Assembly (NCBI RefSeq): GCF_006345805.1
Contig: NC_043000.1
Span: forward strand, 109,554,001-109,618,000
Length of the DNA: 64,000 bases
Source of the DNA: Octopus sinensis
Taxonomy: Eukaryota
Reading direction: 5' to 3'
The translations under genes were made by a program, and so were the position numbers. The notes under the pieces were generated by a model. That model was not told where the DNA came from. It was given only the letters and a program-made list of their open reading frames with translations, and searched no databases. This document shows, in pieces, positions 13,762-26,800 of this stretch. Positions within the stretch are counted from its first letter, which is position 1; each line of letters opens with the position of its first letter.

Positions 13762-14108
13762 TAAGTTGAAGAAAAATAAATTGGAAAGTTGATTTCGATT
13801 CTCAAGACTGCAGTCACATTTTAGGACCGATAGTGGAGTTTTAGAAAAACACATGTGACAAACGCCCAGCTTCTGTTCATTGAATTTAATAAAACTAATC
13901 TCCCAATCAATGATATTTCTCATAAAGAAAATAGTTCGGAATGAATGCGGGTTTGTTTTTTACAGTAGACAAGAGAGGGGGGAATGAGATTATCGCCATT
14001 TATTCTTCAAAATACATTTATGATGTAAAAGGGGTTGAACTGACGTCAACAGAGAATCGAAACGGAACGCTGTCCGAACTGGTCAATAGTTTGCTTCTTA
14101 CTCTACAG

Positions 14109-14599
14109 TAGCCGTCCTCAGCCGGGGTCCATATAACATTTTGTGGGGCCTACGCAAGCGAAATAGCAAACTGGGGCCCATTGTAGTAACTCAAGGGTTC
14201 AGGAAATGTCTTGATTTGAATGTATTTATCGCAACAAGCAATTAGGTTTCTTTCTCGAATGTCTTCCATAGCTTAACGTTTCCAGCCACTGAAACCGGTC
14301 CTCTCAATGAGTTCTGTTACAAACGCATACAAGAGAACGGGTGAGAAACAGAATTTCGAAAGAAGTTTCTCTGCAACCACTTTTTAACCCTTTGAACCCG
14401 CAACACCGGTTTACCGGTGGATGGCTCAATCTTCTCTCTACCGTAGCACCGCTCTATACTGTAGCACCGATGGAGTGCCAGGTATATGGTAAAATAAAGT
14501 TCAGGAGGTCAGAGCTCAAAGGGTTAAACTTCGAATGGCTATGGGGGTGGGCCACAAAAAGAGGTTTATAGATTTTAAAAAAACGGTTGAGAACCCCTA
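14109..14599. mobile_element. hAT (Charlie-like) MITE
   Basis: Exact 8-bp TSD CTCTACAG (14101-14108, 14600-14607). TIRs TAGCCGTCCTCAGCC vs TAGGGGTTCTCAACC (11/15). Confidence 0.8.
14388..14523. mobile_element. piggyBac-type MITE nested in the hAT MITE
   Basis: TTAA|CCCTTTGA ... TCAAAGGG|TTAA, 136 bp. Confidence 0.7.
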
Positions 14600-14789
14600 C
14601 TCTACAGTAATCGTCTCCAGAGATAATTTCATTAATTCATTAGGCAACTGATTGATCGATCGATCGATCGGTTGGCCGGTCGGTTGATTGGTTGGACATT
14701 TGAGTGAGTGATTGAGTGATTGTTTGAGTGAACGACTGGTTGATTAATTCATTGATTGACTGATTCATTCGTTCATTCATTGATCGATT

Positions 14790-15030
14790 GAGTGAGTGAG
14801 TGAGTGAGTGAGTGCGTGAGTGAGTGAGTGAGTGAGTGAGTGCGTGAGTGAGTGAGTGAGTGAGTGAGTGAGTGAGTGAGTGGGTAAGTGAGTGAATGAG
14901 TGAGTGAGTGAGTGAGTGGGTGAGTGAATGAATGAGTGAGTGAGTGAATGAGTGAGTGGGTGAGTGAGTGAGTGAGTGAGTGAGTGAGTGAGTGAGTGAA
15001 TGAGTGAGTGAGTGGGTGAGTGAGTGAATG
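14790..15030 (+). repeat. (TGAG)n microsatellite
   Basis: Direct tandem TGAG array. Confidence 0.95.
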
Positions 15031-15277
15031 AACGAGTGAATGATTGAGTATCGAATGAGTTAAGCAAATGAATTAACGAAAACAAAGAATGAATGATCAA
15101 GTGAATAAGAGATTGAGGAGTAAATGGCTGCCTGGATGAATGAGCGAGAGAATAAGTGAGCAGATAAACTTAATGAATGAGTAAATTATATACTCTGAAA
15201 TTGTTTTTTTTTTTTTAATTCTCATTATTAAAACTGTTCGTTTGTGTTCTTCGCTGCCCCCTTTTCAATGTTTACAG

Positions 15278-15353
15278 ATAGAATCTTCTTCCAAACCAGT
15301 TTCCAATGAAGATGGAAAGCATCAGTCTGAACTTGTGCCCAGTTCCAGTTTTG
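15278..15353 (+). CDS. Candidate internal exon (IESSSKPVSNEDGKHQSELVPSSSF-G), phase 0 to 1
   Basis: Acceptor cttttcaatgtttacag| and strong donor G|GTAAGA. 76 nt, open, and phase-compatible with both neighbours. Confidence 0.6.
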
Positions 15354-16142
15354 GTAAGATCATTCCATTATCTTTTACCTTCTTTTTATTCGTTTCAGTT
15401 ATTGTGCTGCAGCTATACTGGGACGCTGTGGGGGCAGGGGGTAGTTGAACAAAGCGACCCCCGTACTTTTCGTTTAAAGTCTGATACTTATCCTTTTTAA
15501 ATCAATCCGTTTTTTTTTGTCAAACCGCTAAGTTACAGGGATGTAAACAAACCAGCACTGGTTATCAAGCGGGGGAGCACATACAAAACACACATATACG
15601 CACACACACTCACACACACACACACACACATACACATACAATCAAACAGACTCCAAAAAGACTGGTGTTGGCATTCGTCAGCGGCGAGTTTTGTATAATT
15701 TAGTAAAATTGATAGAAAAGAATACAGTAAACTTGCTGTTGTGAGGGTAGAAAATATAACGTTTCGGACATAGTCTTTCTTCAGGGAAAAGTTGGCAGGA
15801 GAGAAATTAATGAGATTGGAAGAACCCAGTGCAATAAGCAAGGATATTATTGTTAAATTTGACTGGTATTTTTTTATGGATGGATGACTTTTTGAAACAG
15901 ATGAGGTCTCTTATACTGACGTGCCGACGTATATAACACGAATATGAAGCACAGTGGGGTCTCTATATACAAACATAATCTGTTCTGGACCCCTGTTCGT
16001 TAACTGAACTGTCCGTTACATGAGTTACTTAAATACATATAAGGGAATTTCTTTCAAGCCACGCCCAAACTCTACATAAAGGCACAAAATGATGTTTTAT
16101 TTGTCCTTCCACCAATAGCAAATACATAAAGATATACGCATA

Positions 16143-17001
16143 CTAGACTGCCGGTGACCCGTTGGGTCACCAGGAAGGTCTGAGTTTCTCAGCAACGGAA
16201 TTTTTTTGTTTCGTGGTTTTTCTTTTCCGGGTTATTTCGCATGCTTCCAATGAAAAGGAAAGATTTGGCTGTTGTTTCTTGCACACTCTGCTCCCACGTA
16301 ACAGGTATTTCGGGTCCTTTATCGCAAATAACTGTTATGTGGTAGGAGAGCATACTAGAAATAGTAGCCAAATCTTTGGAGGCGAGATACGTTGAATCTA
16401 CTCGAAAAAAAGCCTATGGAAAAAAATTATTTCACACCGAAGTTACGAACGGTTCTTTTACGAAATATTTACCGTATTTTTAAAGTCATTTTCACTATAA
16501 ATATGCCAAAAAAATTTTGTAATGGTATTCACTTGAAAATAATTTTTAAAAACATTAAAATATTGTCTGTTCAAAGGAAACTAAAATATAAATACTTACT
16601 GTACAAATAACTTATATTTTTGAAATCACATTCGCTTAAAAATATTTCTAAATGTTTAAAATATTGTGTTTAACAAAGCGAAAAATATATTTACTGTAAA
16701 AAAAACAAATCGTATTTTTTTCGTTATCATTTCACTGTGTAATCGAAAGGTTAGAGTTTCTCCCCTTCCAGGATGAAATTATATTCGGAACATTTTCCCA
16801 TTATGCACCGTTTTGGGTTTTTATACCCCCAAACCCCGAATATCTCAATAACTACTGCTCCGATTTACGCGAAATTTGTTTTATTCAGTTCGTATTAACA
16901 TTTCAGGGTAAACTTAATTTTACAGTATTTTCCCATTATGTGCCAGTTTGGCTGCGTAACATTGCAAGCAAGATTGAATTTCGCTTTTATTAGTATATAG
17001 A
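16143..17001 (-). mobile_element. Non-autonomous Helitron-like element
   Basis: Minus strand starts A|TCTATATACTAATAAAAG and ends with hairpin GGTGACCC-AAC-GGGTCACC followed by CTAG|T. Confidence 0.8.
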
Positions 17002-18772
17002 TGTATAATATTTTATTAAGGCAGGAAAAATCTTCACAAACTGTTTCTGAACGGTTACGTGAAACTCTGATATTCAGTTGTGATAATAAAGGCATTTTAT
17101 TTATAAATATATAAGCGTTTATGAATGTCTGTGCTACTAACGATCCATAGTTATGTTCTTAGAATAAATAATGAGAAATATTTTCTACATAAAATATGAA
17201 AATTTGCAAGTTGCATGAACTGTATACTTAGACATTAACAAACCATTTGTACACATTCTCCCAGCCACATATATGTGCGCATAGTTGCTCAAATGTCAGT
17301 TTGTTTGCCGAATATAATTTTCTTCAGAAAAACTGTTTGTTATAGAATTTGTTCATTTAGCGTACCATTCGTATATTCTCTCGCAGCACTTGTACGCGTG
17401 CGTAGTTTAATCGTGGTTCGTTGATCAAATTTCAACTCTCGAAGTGAAAAGATTCCCAGTGAGTCATACGCAGGCGCAGTCTGCTCCTGGTTTATTATTC
17501 AGCTCGCTAAGTGAATGAGCTCCTAGTTACTTTTACGCGCACGAAGTCTTCTCGTGGTTCGTTAATCAAATTTCAATGCGAGTTTTTCACAAAAAAAACT
17601 GTTTTCAATTTATTCGTTTAAAGAACCGTTCGTATAAGAGTATTCTGCAATATTCCAACGTCCCAATGGATTACAGAATGCATCATTATCGGTTAGTTAC
17701 AGAAACACTGAGTTTTCGATCTCTACTATTCTTGCTTCGGCAGAACGTAAACTAAAATTGGATCCGATTCTCTTCCCGGTTTCACTTTCGTCTTCGGCAT
17801 TAAATATTAACACAAACAAATATATATAACAAAATAAATTTTGTAATGCTTTTTCTTTTGTACAGAGGGATAATTTTAGCAAAACTTCATTGTTTTGCTA
17901 AAATTCTCCTTTATCTGCCGCAACAAGTCCATTCTCGGACAACTCAACAGTTAATCTGCTTAACGTTTTCCTTGAAGCAATCTAATTCATCGGATATTTT
18001 TTTCTAAACCTTTTATTCATGTTAATCCTCGGCCTATTGTTTTCTTTTCATCTTATTTGAAAAAAGAGAACAAACGAGCAAAAGATGGCGGCGCAATTTT
18101 CATTTCTTTGTTTTTATTCTTTTCTTTTCCTTATTTTTATATTTATTGCATGTCACTGGCAGCGGAAATGAAATTCATATGTTCAAACCTCGATAGGAGA
18201 TCGAACCAGATATACGCAGTGGTAATTCATAAGACATTTAACTCTCGCTTTGCTGGATCTAATGACTTAGCTATAAACAAGCTCTGTGTCATCGGGGTAG
18301 TTAAAAGCTTAACTGACCGTTATTCCCATTGTGTGGACTGAGCAAATTAAGTAGCCGTCCCTCAAATCACACCGTCTTATGTAAGCAAACGATGCATTAG
18401 ATAACGAATTCCTAGATACACTTAAAAAAGGCCAAATGGTCAGGGTTTACATACCTTTGACCACGTCTGCTCGTTTAAAGTTGATCTATGGCCAATCATC
18501 AACAACAACATGTAAATAACATTCGTTTACTGGGAACATATGCAATTAAAAAGCCTAAATGATTAAACTCTGTATTAATTAATTATTAATTATACATTTG
18601 TCCCAATGTACCTCTTCTTGGAACCTAATTACAGTTAGGTACAATTAATCATTATGAACCGCTAATTTACGAGGACATAAACAAACCAACATCTGTTTTC
18701 AAGCGGTAGAGGGTGACGCAAACAGAAAGACACCCGCACATAATGTGTGTGTATATATATTAGCTCGTCGTC

Positions 18773-18820
<48 letters not shown>

Positions 18821-18830
18821 TAAAAATAAA

Positions 18831-18883
<53 letters not shown>

Positions 18884-19529
18884 GGATATAAATAATAATA
18901 GCAAGAACGACAATTCTAGGCTGGTCGTGGAGCAGTATGAATAGTAGTAAACGAATGGACGCCAAAGCTGCAAACATTAATTATAGTAAATTGATCTTAA
19001 AAACCCCAAAATGATGAATGGTAATATGACCTACAGTTAGGCAGTTAATTCGTCCCTTTGACCAGTGGTCAAAAGGTTAGTTTGAGCCATTTCTGGAACG
19101 ATACCACCATGCGGTTGAAAGGAACAAATAAATTTTTTAAATGTTTTTTTCGGTTGGAATTATTTTCCATTTCAAAGAAATCAAATTAGCGGTCAAAATG
19201 CCCTGATGAAACTCTTGATGGATTGTAGCATCATAATGCACTAAAAGATGCGGAAGATGCACCTTGATAGCGGCGGAAACACTACATAGGCGAAAATAGA
19301 AGACGATAAATGACTTTCATAATAAAAAAATTGGATAAACTCTATTCTCTGTTTTCCTTAAACTAGGATATTTTCTTATTTTCCTTAACATGAAACCAAT
19401 GGTAGCTTTAATTCACAAATAAAGAAATTATAGCCACCAATGCGGTGTTGAGCACTCATTTCATCGTTCGACATTTACTACATACATACATACTACATAC
19501 ATATATGCATACATACATACATACATACA

Positions 19530-19589
<60 letters not shown>

Positions 19590-19616
19590 ATATATATGCA
19601 TGCATACATGCATACA

Positions 19617-19664
<48 letters not shown>

Positions 19665-19719
19665 ATATATATATATATATACGTGTGTGGGGGGTGCGTG
19701 TGTGTGTGCGCGTGTACCG

Positions 19720-19856
19720 TACTTGATGGCATAAAAGACGCACTGGCATATTAAAGGCACTCCGAAAATAGATCCACTTTTCATCGTCAGTTACAATTCG
19801 ACGCCAAAAATGGCCACCACGAGGATTTGCCACCAGTAGTTTGCATATGTTCACAC
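19720..19856 (-). mobile_element. mariner transposase fragment
   Basis: NICKLL...FWRRIVTDDEKWIYF matches the mariner first catalytic Asp motif (T.DEKW). Confidence 0.7.
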
Positions 19857-20551
19857 ATAGTTGGGCCTAGTCATTGGTCAGTTCATGAGGAGCTTCTCGA
19901 CAGCGTCTGCTCACAAAGCCGAGCGTGTATAGGTGTTGATTGATGGTGCTTCGTGCGTATGGTTTCGATACCTGGATGAGGTGATGTGTTCTTGGGCAAA
20001 ACACTTCCTTTCACATTGCTTTACCCTGTTCAGCTGCAAATAAGTCCCACCTTAGTGATGGTGTAGTTTTACTCTCCCTTGTCGTTCCTATGTTCCGCTG
20101 GATTAAGACTGAGAGAACCGAGATACAACTACACAAGAATATAAAATAATCAACGAAAACATGGTACAAAAATATTGGGGCATACTCACTTGCGAGCGCC
20201 AGCTAAGCTTTGCAGGTGCAGTATGGTCGAATGGTTAAGAAGTCCACTTTGCAAACCCGAGGTCCACAGTTCGATCCCACTGCGTGATATCTTGAGTAAA
20301 TGTATTTTTCTATAACCTTGAATCAGCCCATATCTTGTGAGTAGACGGAAACTGTAATGAAGCCTGTCAAGAGGATTCTACTGTATATCACGTTGATTTT
20401 GTCTCGGGTTTCTATCTATGACATGTGAGTTTTCCCTAAAGTAAAGCAGTTGGTCATTTAGACGCATTTACTATTTAAAGTTGTGGTTCCAGCCCCCCGG
20501 GTGTAAACAGGGAAATGATATAAAAAAGAGCGCGTTCTTAGTAGAGTTGTT

Positions 20552-20745
20552 AAGGCGGCGAGCTGGCAGAATCGGTAGCGCACCAGACAAAATTCATAGC
20601 GGCATTTCTTCCAGCTCTTTACGTTCTCAGTTCAATTTCTACCGAGGTCGACTTTGCTTTGCATCCTTTCGGGTTCGATGAAATAAGTATCTGTCGAGCA
20701 ATCGACTGCCCCTCCCCTCAAATTTGCTGGCCTTGTGCCAAAATT
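20552..20745 (+). mobile_element. SINE family B
   Basis: AAGGCGGCGAGCTGGCAGAATCG...GAGGTCGACTTTGC.TT.CATCCTTTCGGG. Lies just upstream of the giant exon acceptor. Confidence 0.8.
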
Positions 20746-20878
20746 AGAAAGAATTATTATTAGCGTTGTTGTTGTTGATACAATTGTAAAATGTTGTGAA
20801 AATTTAGTTTTGATGTTGTTCTTAATTTCTCGTTTGAATTGTTTTTCCTTTCTTTTTAATGACGCTAACCAACAAAAG

Positions 20879-23800
20879 CAAATAAAGAAGCCCTTAACAA
20901 CACGTCCGGAAGCGGTCAGGGCTCAGACCAGAACGCAATGAACGGCGGCAACAATGCAACGGTTGTTGATAACCCTAACCCTAACGCTTCTGCTGCAGCA
21001 GTATCTGTGGCGACTCCTCTTATTGTTGTAACCCCTGAACAAAACGAAGCAACTCCAAAGCCCAATGTCGATCACAGTCTCAAGGTCGAAAATACTCCCA
21101 ACGACGACCTGAAGGAATCCAAGTCAACAGCTTTATCGATGGCGAATTTCAAACATACAGATCTGGCTGAGTTGCTAAAGAACCCAGTTCTTACACCTTC
21201 GTATCAAGTGACAAGATTGCAGCTGCTGCAATCACACCTGGAAGCGGCATGCAGAAAAAGAAACGGTTCTTTTGCGAACAGCGATTTAAAACCAGGAGCA
21301 AGAGTGATTGCTAGTCCAGGTGTCTTCAAAGCCGATGCAAACTCCATGATAACTCTGAAGAACATCAATTCCTACTTGGAAATCGAAGATACGAAAGAGA
21401 TCGATGCTGGCACGAATGGCTTATTACAGAACCAACAACTTCAGTCACATCTGATGCAGATGAACTTCGATGTGAATATTGATTCAAATATTAGCGAATC
21501 CAGTGACCGACTGCAGTACTGTGGTGTCATAATGCCGAGTACATCGCAAGAAAGACTAAATGTTATTGGTCCTAATCCGACTTCGATCCTCAATCATTTC
21601 AGTGCAGAATCGGAGAAATTGTGTGAGATCGGTGGGTATCCACAAGGCAAGTTCGATATCTACAAAGTTCGATCTGTGAAACTGGAACAAACACTTTATA
21701 AAGAGACGTTATCAGTGAAAAACGACACGAAATCAAGTGAAAGCATAAACGAAGACGCTGAGAATTTGAGTGAGGAAAATACTGTTGCTAATAAAGAGGT
21801 GCCTGCGAAAAAAATCGATAAAGATTCCGAGGTTGTGAGGAAAGAAGTGATTCCAGAACTAACGAACGGTTGTTCAGAAAGCAATTTGGATAAATCGAGG
21901 TCGATTAACAAATTAGGTGTAGGATTAAAAATGTTGTTGTCTAGGTGGAGCAACAAGGTTATTTTAAAATTGGAAAATAATGCTTCTGGTGCAAACAAAC
22001 GTTCTGGGAAAAGTTCTGTGAGAAAACATAACGATATAGTTGCTGGAATTCATCGTGGATCGATCGATGATCAAGGAAAAAACACAAACCAAAATTCACC
22101 AAAATATAACAGCGATGCTGTAACTAGTGAAACATTAAAAGAAAATAGCGAACAAGTTCAAACTAATATCGCAGATGTGTCAAAAGAGAAAAATGAAGAT
22201 GACGCGTCAGCGGAGATAATGAATAATGACGAAAATTCACATAAAAACAGCGAAAATGTACAACAAAGAGAAAGCGATATCCTTTTCAACGAAGCTACAA
22301 TACAAAATGGCGATGGTGGTAAGCCAGCTATTTTGGGGAGTCCATCACAAAACAATTCTAATAACTGTTTAGCAATGTCTGCTCCAATTACAATGAAGAG
22401 CACATCAAAAACAAAGCGAAACGAAACAAAATACATAGAAAAGCTCCCAAAAGAAATTAATTGCATTAACGATCCTGAAAATGAGAGTAAAACATGCATG
22501 GACGAAGAACAGCTTACAAACGCCGAAGGGGATAAATTATCCGGTGAAAATACAAAGAAATGTGTTACTTATGTTTTTATAAAAGCCAAGCCCGACTTGC
22601 AGCTCGATGACAGAACCAAGTGTCTGTCTGAGCAAAACAGAGTTCCTGTAATATGCCAGAAAAATTCACATCCAAAATATCACGTGGTCAGTTCACAACA
22701 TCCGAATTTTATAAAATGCTCCAATGGAAACTGTGAGCAGCCCATGGAAATAATGGCAAGCAAAGATACTGCGAAAATAAAGGATAGTTTTCCTTGTGTT
22801 GAACAACTGTCACAAGAACAACACCAGCAACAAACGCCGGAATCGTTTGATAAAACGGCTATTTCAGTTAAGTTTCCAATAGGTGATGAGTTATTTATAC
22901 CAAAAATGTTTCCTTGTAGTCCGAGTGTAGACTTAGTTCGAAATCCCTATCAAACTAACAGCATCCAAAAGAGTTCAAAAGTTCCAGCTGTGACGTTACA
23001 GGCAAGTGATGCAGATAACACTCTTGAGATTAAAGAAAAGATTTCTCTTAACGTGGAAGGAAATAATTTGTTGTTACTTCCAAAATGTTTTTCTAAATCG
23101 TGTGATATCATCTCAAACAGTAACAAACTTTCGTTAGAAAACGGTGAACCTAAATATGATTGTGGTGTTAACATTGAGCTTTTGAACAGTAATAATTCCA
23201 ACACAAATATTAACCAAAAGACAACTGGATGTGCTACAGGGCCAGTTTCGAAAATCGATAGCTTTGCTATAAGAAAAGAATCCTTTGCCGGATTCGAACA
23301 AGAAATGCTTCCGTTAGGATCAGAAATAATTCAAACAAATAGTTCTTTAAAATGTCCATTGATAAGCAAAAAGGAAAATATTCTCGACATTACAAAAGAA
23401 AACGATACAGGTTCGCTACCCAGTAGTTCTACCCCTGGGACAATTAACATTCTCATTAACAGAAATTCTGAACAAAATCTAACCAAAAGACTACCTGAAA
23501 ATCTGAGTAGTAAATATGAAATGATTACAACGTCCCAAGATATTCTTAATGATGGTCTTACAACTAATGAGAAAAGCATTCGTTCTGAGTTGCCAGATTC
23601 TGACGAAACTGCATGCTTCGCTGACAAAGACGCGCGAAACGAAACGGATTCCAGCGGAGATCCATGCAAGACTAAAAAAATCAATGTTCCCATTTTCGCA
23701 TTTGAAAAGACCAAACTGAGGGATATTATTTCTCTCTTGGGTTGTAAGCTGATAGAAACATCAAATTCTTCAAAATGCCAATTTTCGAATAATTCGAAGG

Positions 23801-26800
23801 CCAGCCTGGAAAATAATAATGAAATAAAAGAAGGAACGATTAACCCATATGCTTGTAAATTAGAAAATCGAGCAGAATGCAAACCAGGATATATCGTTAG
23901 TATTTCGCCAGAACATAAGTTGAAGAATTTGACCGATAATAACGGGTCGTCAGTACAAAAAGAGAAAGAGGAAGTTTTTAAAGATGGAACTGTGTCTTCA
24001 AATTTCGAAACCAGTGATACAACAGCAAAAGACAGCAGTAAGGTACTTCAACTAGAAAATGCAGACGATGTTTTAAAACCAGTGACAAAAGAGACCGTAT
24101 CGAAAAAAGATGTCCCAGCTACAAAAGCCTTTGATGAAAGTTACACGCTGAAGAAAGCGGGGGTGTTGTTTGCATTAACCGATATGATTGGAAGTGGCAC
24201 TAATCGTTTAGCATTCTCAGACGTAGTGGATGCTGAGACAAGTCGTGCAAGTTCCTCGGATGTTTCAAATGAGGCAGTGAGCAGAGACAACGGTCACACA
24301 TGTACGTCTGGTTCAAATCTAGATAAAAATTATAAATCTATATCTAACGACGCCAACGGAGATAAAAACTGTGGCGATTTATCTGCGAAATACGCACAGA
24401 AAACTCAGACAAAAATTAGTGTAGAAGAAAATGAAGAAACTAATGTTGCTACTTCGGTAAAACGACAAAATAGCACAAATTCTTTCGGTTTTATTGACGA
24501 CCGAAGTTCAAACGTGAGGAATAATGAGTCTAACGAGCGACTTGCGAGGAATAAACGTGCAGAGGAATTTACTTTCGAGATACCGCGATTTGCATATGTC
24601 TCAATTGAAGAAATGGACAACAAGCTAATAGAAACAGACAAAAGTAAATCTTTACCGAAGATGACAAATTATAGAATTTCCCTTCAAAAGGAACTGTTAT
24701 CTCCTTCCTCTGGTCCTATTGGTGAAAGTGGATTCCGAGAGGAGAATTCGAATACTTCCCTGCGAATTGAAGGTAAATTAACCGGTCAGGAGCGCTGTTC
24801 TATCACGAAGAGGGTTTGCGGTTTTATTAGCGGTAAATACGGCATGAACGAAAATGGAGATGGTGACCATCGTAAAAGAGATATCCGAGTCCAGTTTGAC
24901 GAAGAAGAGGTGAATATATACAGTGAACGAGCAAACGGCATTACAAGTTATATACGACCAAATAAAATGAATGATGTGGTTTTAACTGAAAACTTAACCT
25001 CTTCAGATTTGCCAGAGAAGATTAAAGCTTCCTTCTGTACAGGGGAAACCGATTCAACTAGCGGCGTCATTTCGTTAAATAGTTCGCAGAACCTATCAGC
25101 GGAACAGTTGAAAGACGCTGTTGTTATAGATAATGATTTAATTGCTGCTTCGGTCGTTGACAAAATAACTTATAACCAGAACGGCAATTTTGGTGTCGAC
25201 AATTTTTTCTATGATCCCCTAGCGTACATTATTGAAAGTATGCCGTATTCTTTAGTCGATGGTTGTATTGGAGAAGAAGAGTTTTTCTGTAAAGAAAGCA
25301 AAATAAAGGGAGACATGGAATCAATTGGTGAGGAACCTATCAAAACATTTCCCGAGAAAAACACAATGCAAATTGTAACCAGTAAGATAATAGTTAAAGA
25401 TACCAGCGACCTTTTGGAGGAAGAAGCAGCGAGGAAAGATCGAGAAGAATCTCATCAACTTACTTTGAACACAGGGCAAAATGAAAGTTCAAAAGAGAAC
25501 GAGTTTAGTTATTTTGAACCTGAAAGTAACGATGGCGGGAAAGAAAAGACTAGCGTTGTGGAGTTGCCAAACAGTCTGTCAACAAAATTAAAAATTAACC
25601 CGACAGAAATGGCTCTCTATAACTCGGTCGAGTCATCAAATGTAGAGAAAAATATAGTTTTTGATATATCTGACAATAATGTATCAAATAGCGGTCCATT
25701 AAATAGTATTGCTGTATCAAACGGCACCATCTCGAGCGGAGATGTCGCATCACGTGATACCTTCGTAAATAACGTCCAATCAGACGATAGTAACTCAAGT
25801 AATGTCGCCTCTAGCAGCGTTGTATCGAACGATGTTATGACAAATAATAACGTTTCACGTGTTTGTTCTTCAATTAATGCCGTATCGAACGGTAACACAG
25901 GAAAATGTGTTGCCTCAGACATTGATGTGCCAACAGCTCCGTTAACAAATGCATCCGCTTTGTCAAGTAATATCGCTTCGAACAACTATGTGATGAAATA
26001 TGAGGAAGGTTGTGCAAATAACAGAAAGTGTTCAACCATTGCAGACAATGATATCACCGCATTTCCTGTCGGTGATGCGAGGAATATTTCTACAGAAGTT
26101 GCATGTAGGACAAAAGATATTAATTTTTCATTATCAAACACCAAAACAGCGAAGTCTAAACAAAATTCCATTACCATTTCACTGGATGATGTTGCAACCA
26201 CACACCACTGTCGTGATCGTGACGGAAACGAAGATATTGCGTACATACAAGAAAATTTAGCAAGATATATCATGGAGAATGTTGCAAACATCACCTATCC
26301 GAAACCTAGTGATCTGATAGGGATTGGTTATAATTTCGTTAACACGAACAACGATCCGATAGAAAAAGCGTTTAGAAGCCATTGTACAGAAATGTATAAA
26401 AACACGAAGCAGTCATCTTCCAGTCCATCGCCCGAAATTTTAGATAATGTTAGGAACTCTTCCAAAGTTACGCCATTCCACAAAACCGTAGAAAATTGCT
26501 TGGATTTGGTTAAAATGGACATTGCAAATGTCTCTAAAGCAAGAATTGGTGTAAAAGACTATGTAACATGTCTTGCAATAAACGTCGGCGATAACACGTG
26601 TTATATTCAGAAAAATACAATACAACAAGCTCAATTGAAAATGGCCAACAATACGACTGAGAAGCTGTTGGTGAACATCTCTGACTTTATTAAAGAGCAA
26701 AACGATGACAAGGATACTCATAATGCGTCTATCGACGACCAAGATCAAAACAGCCTCTGTTTTAAGACAGTTTCGGAGGGGAAGCCATTACAAGAATTCC

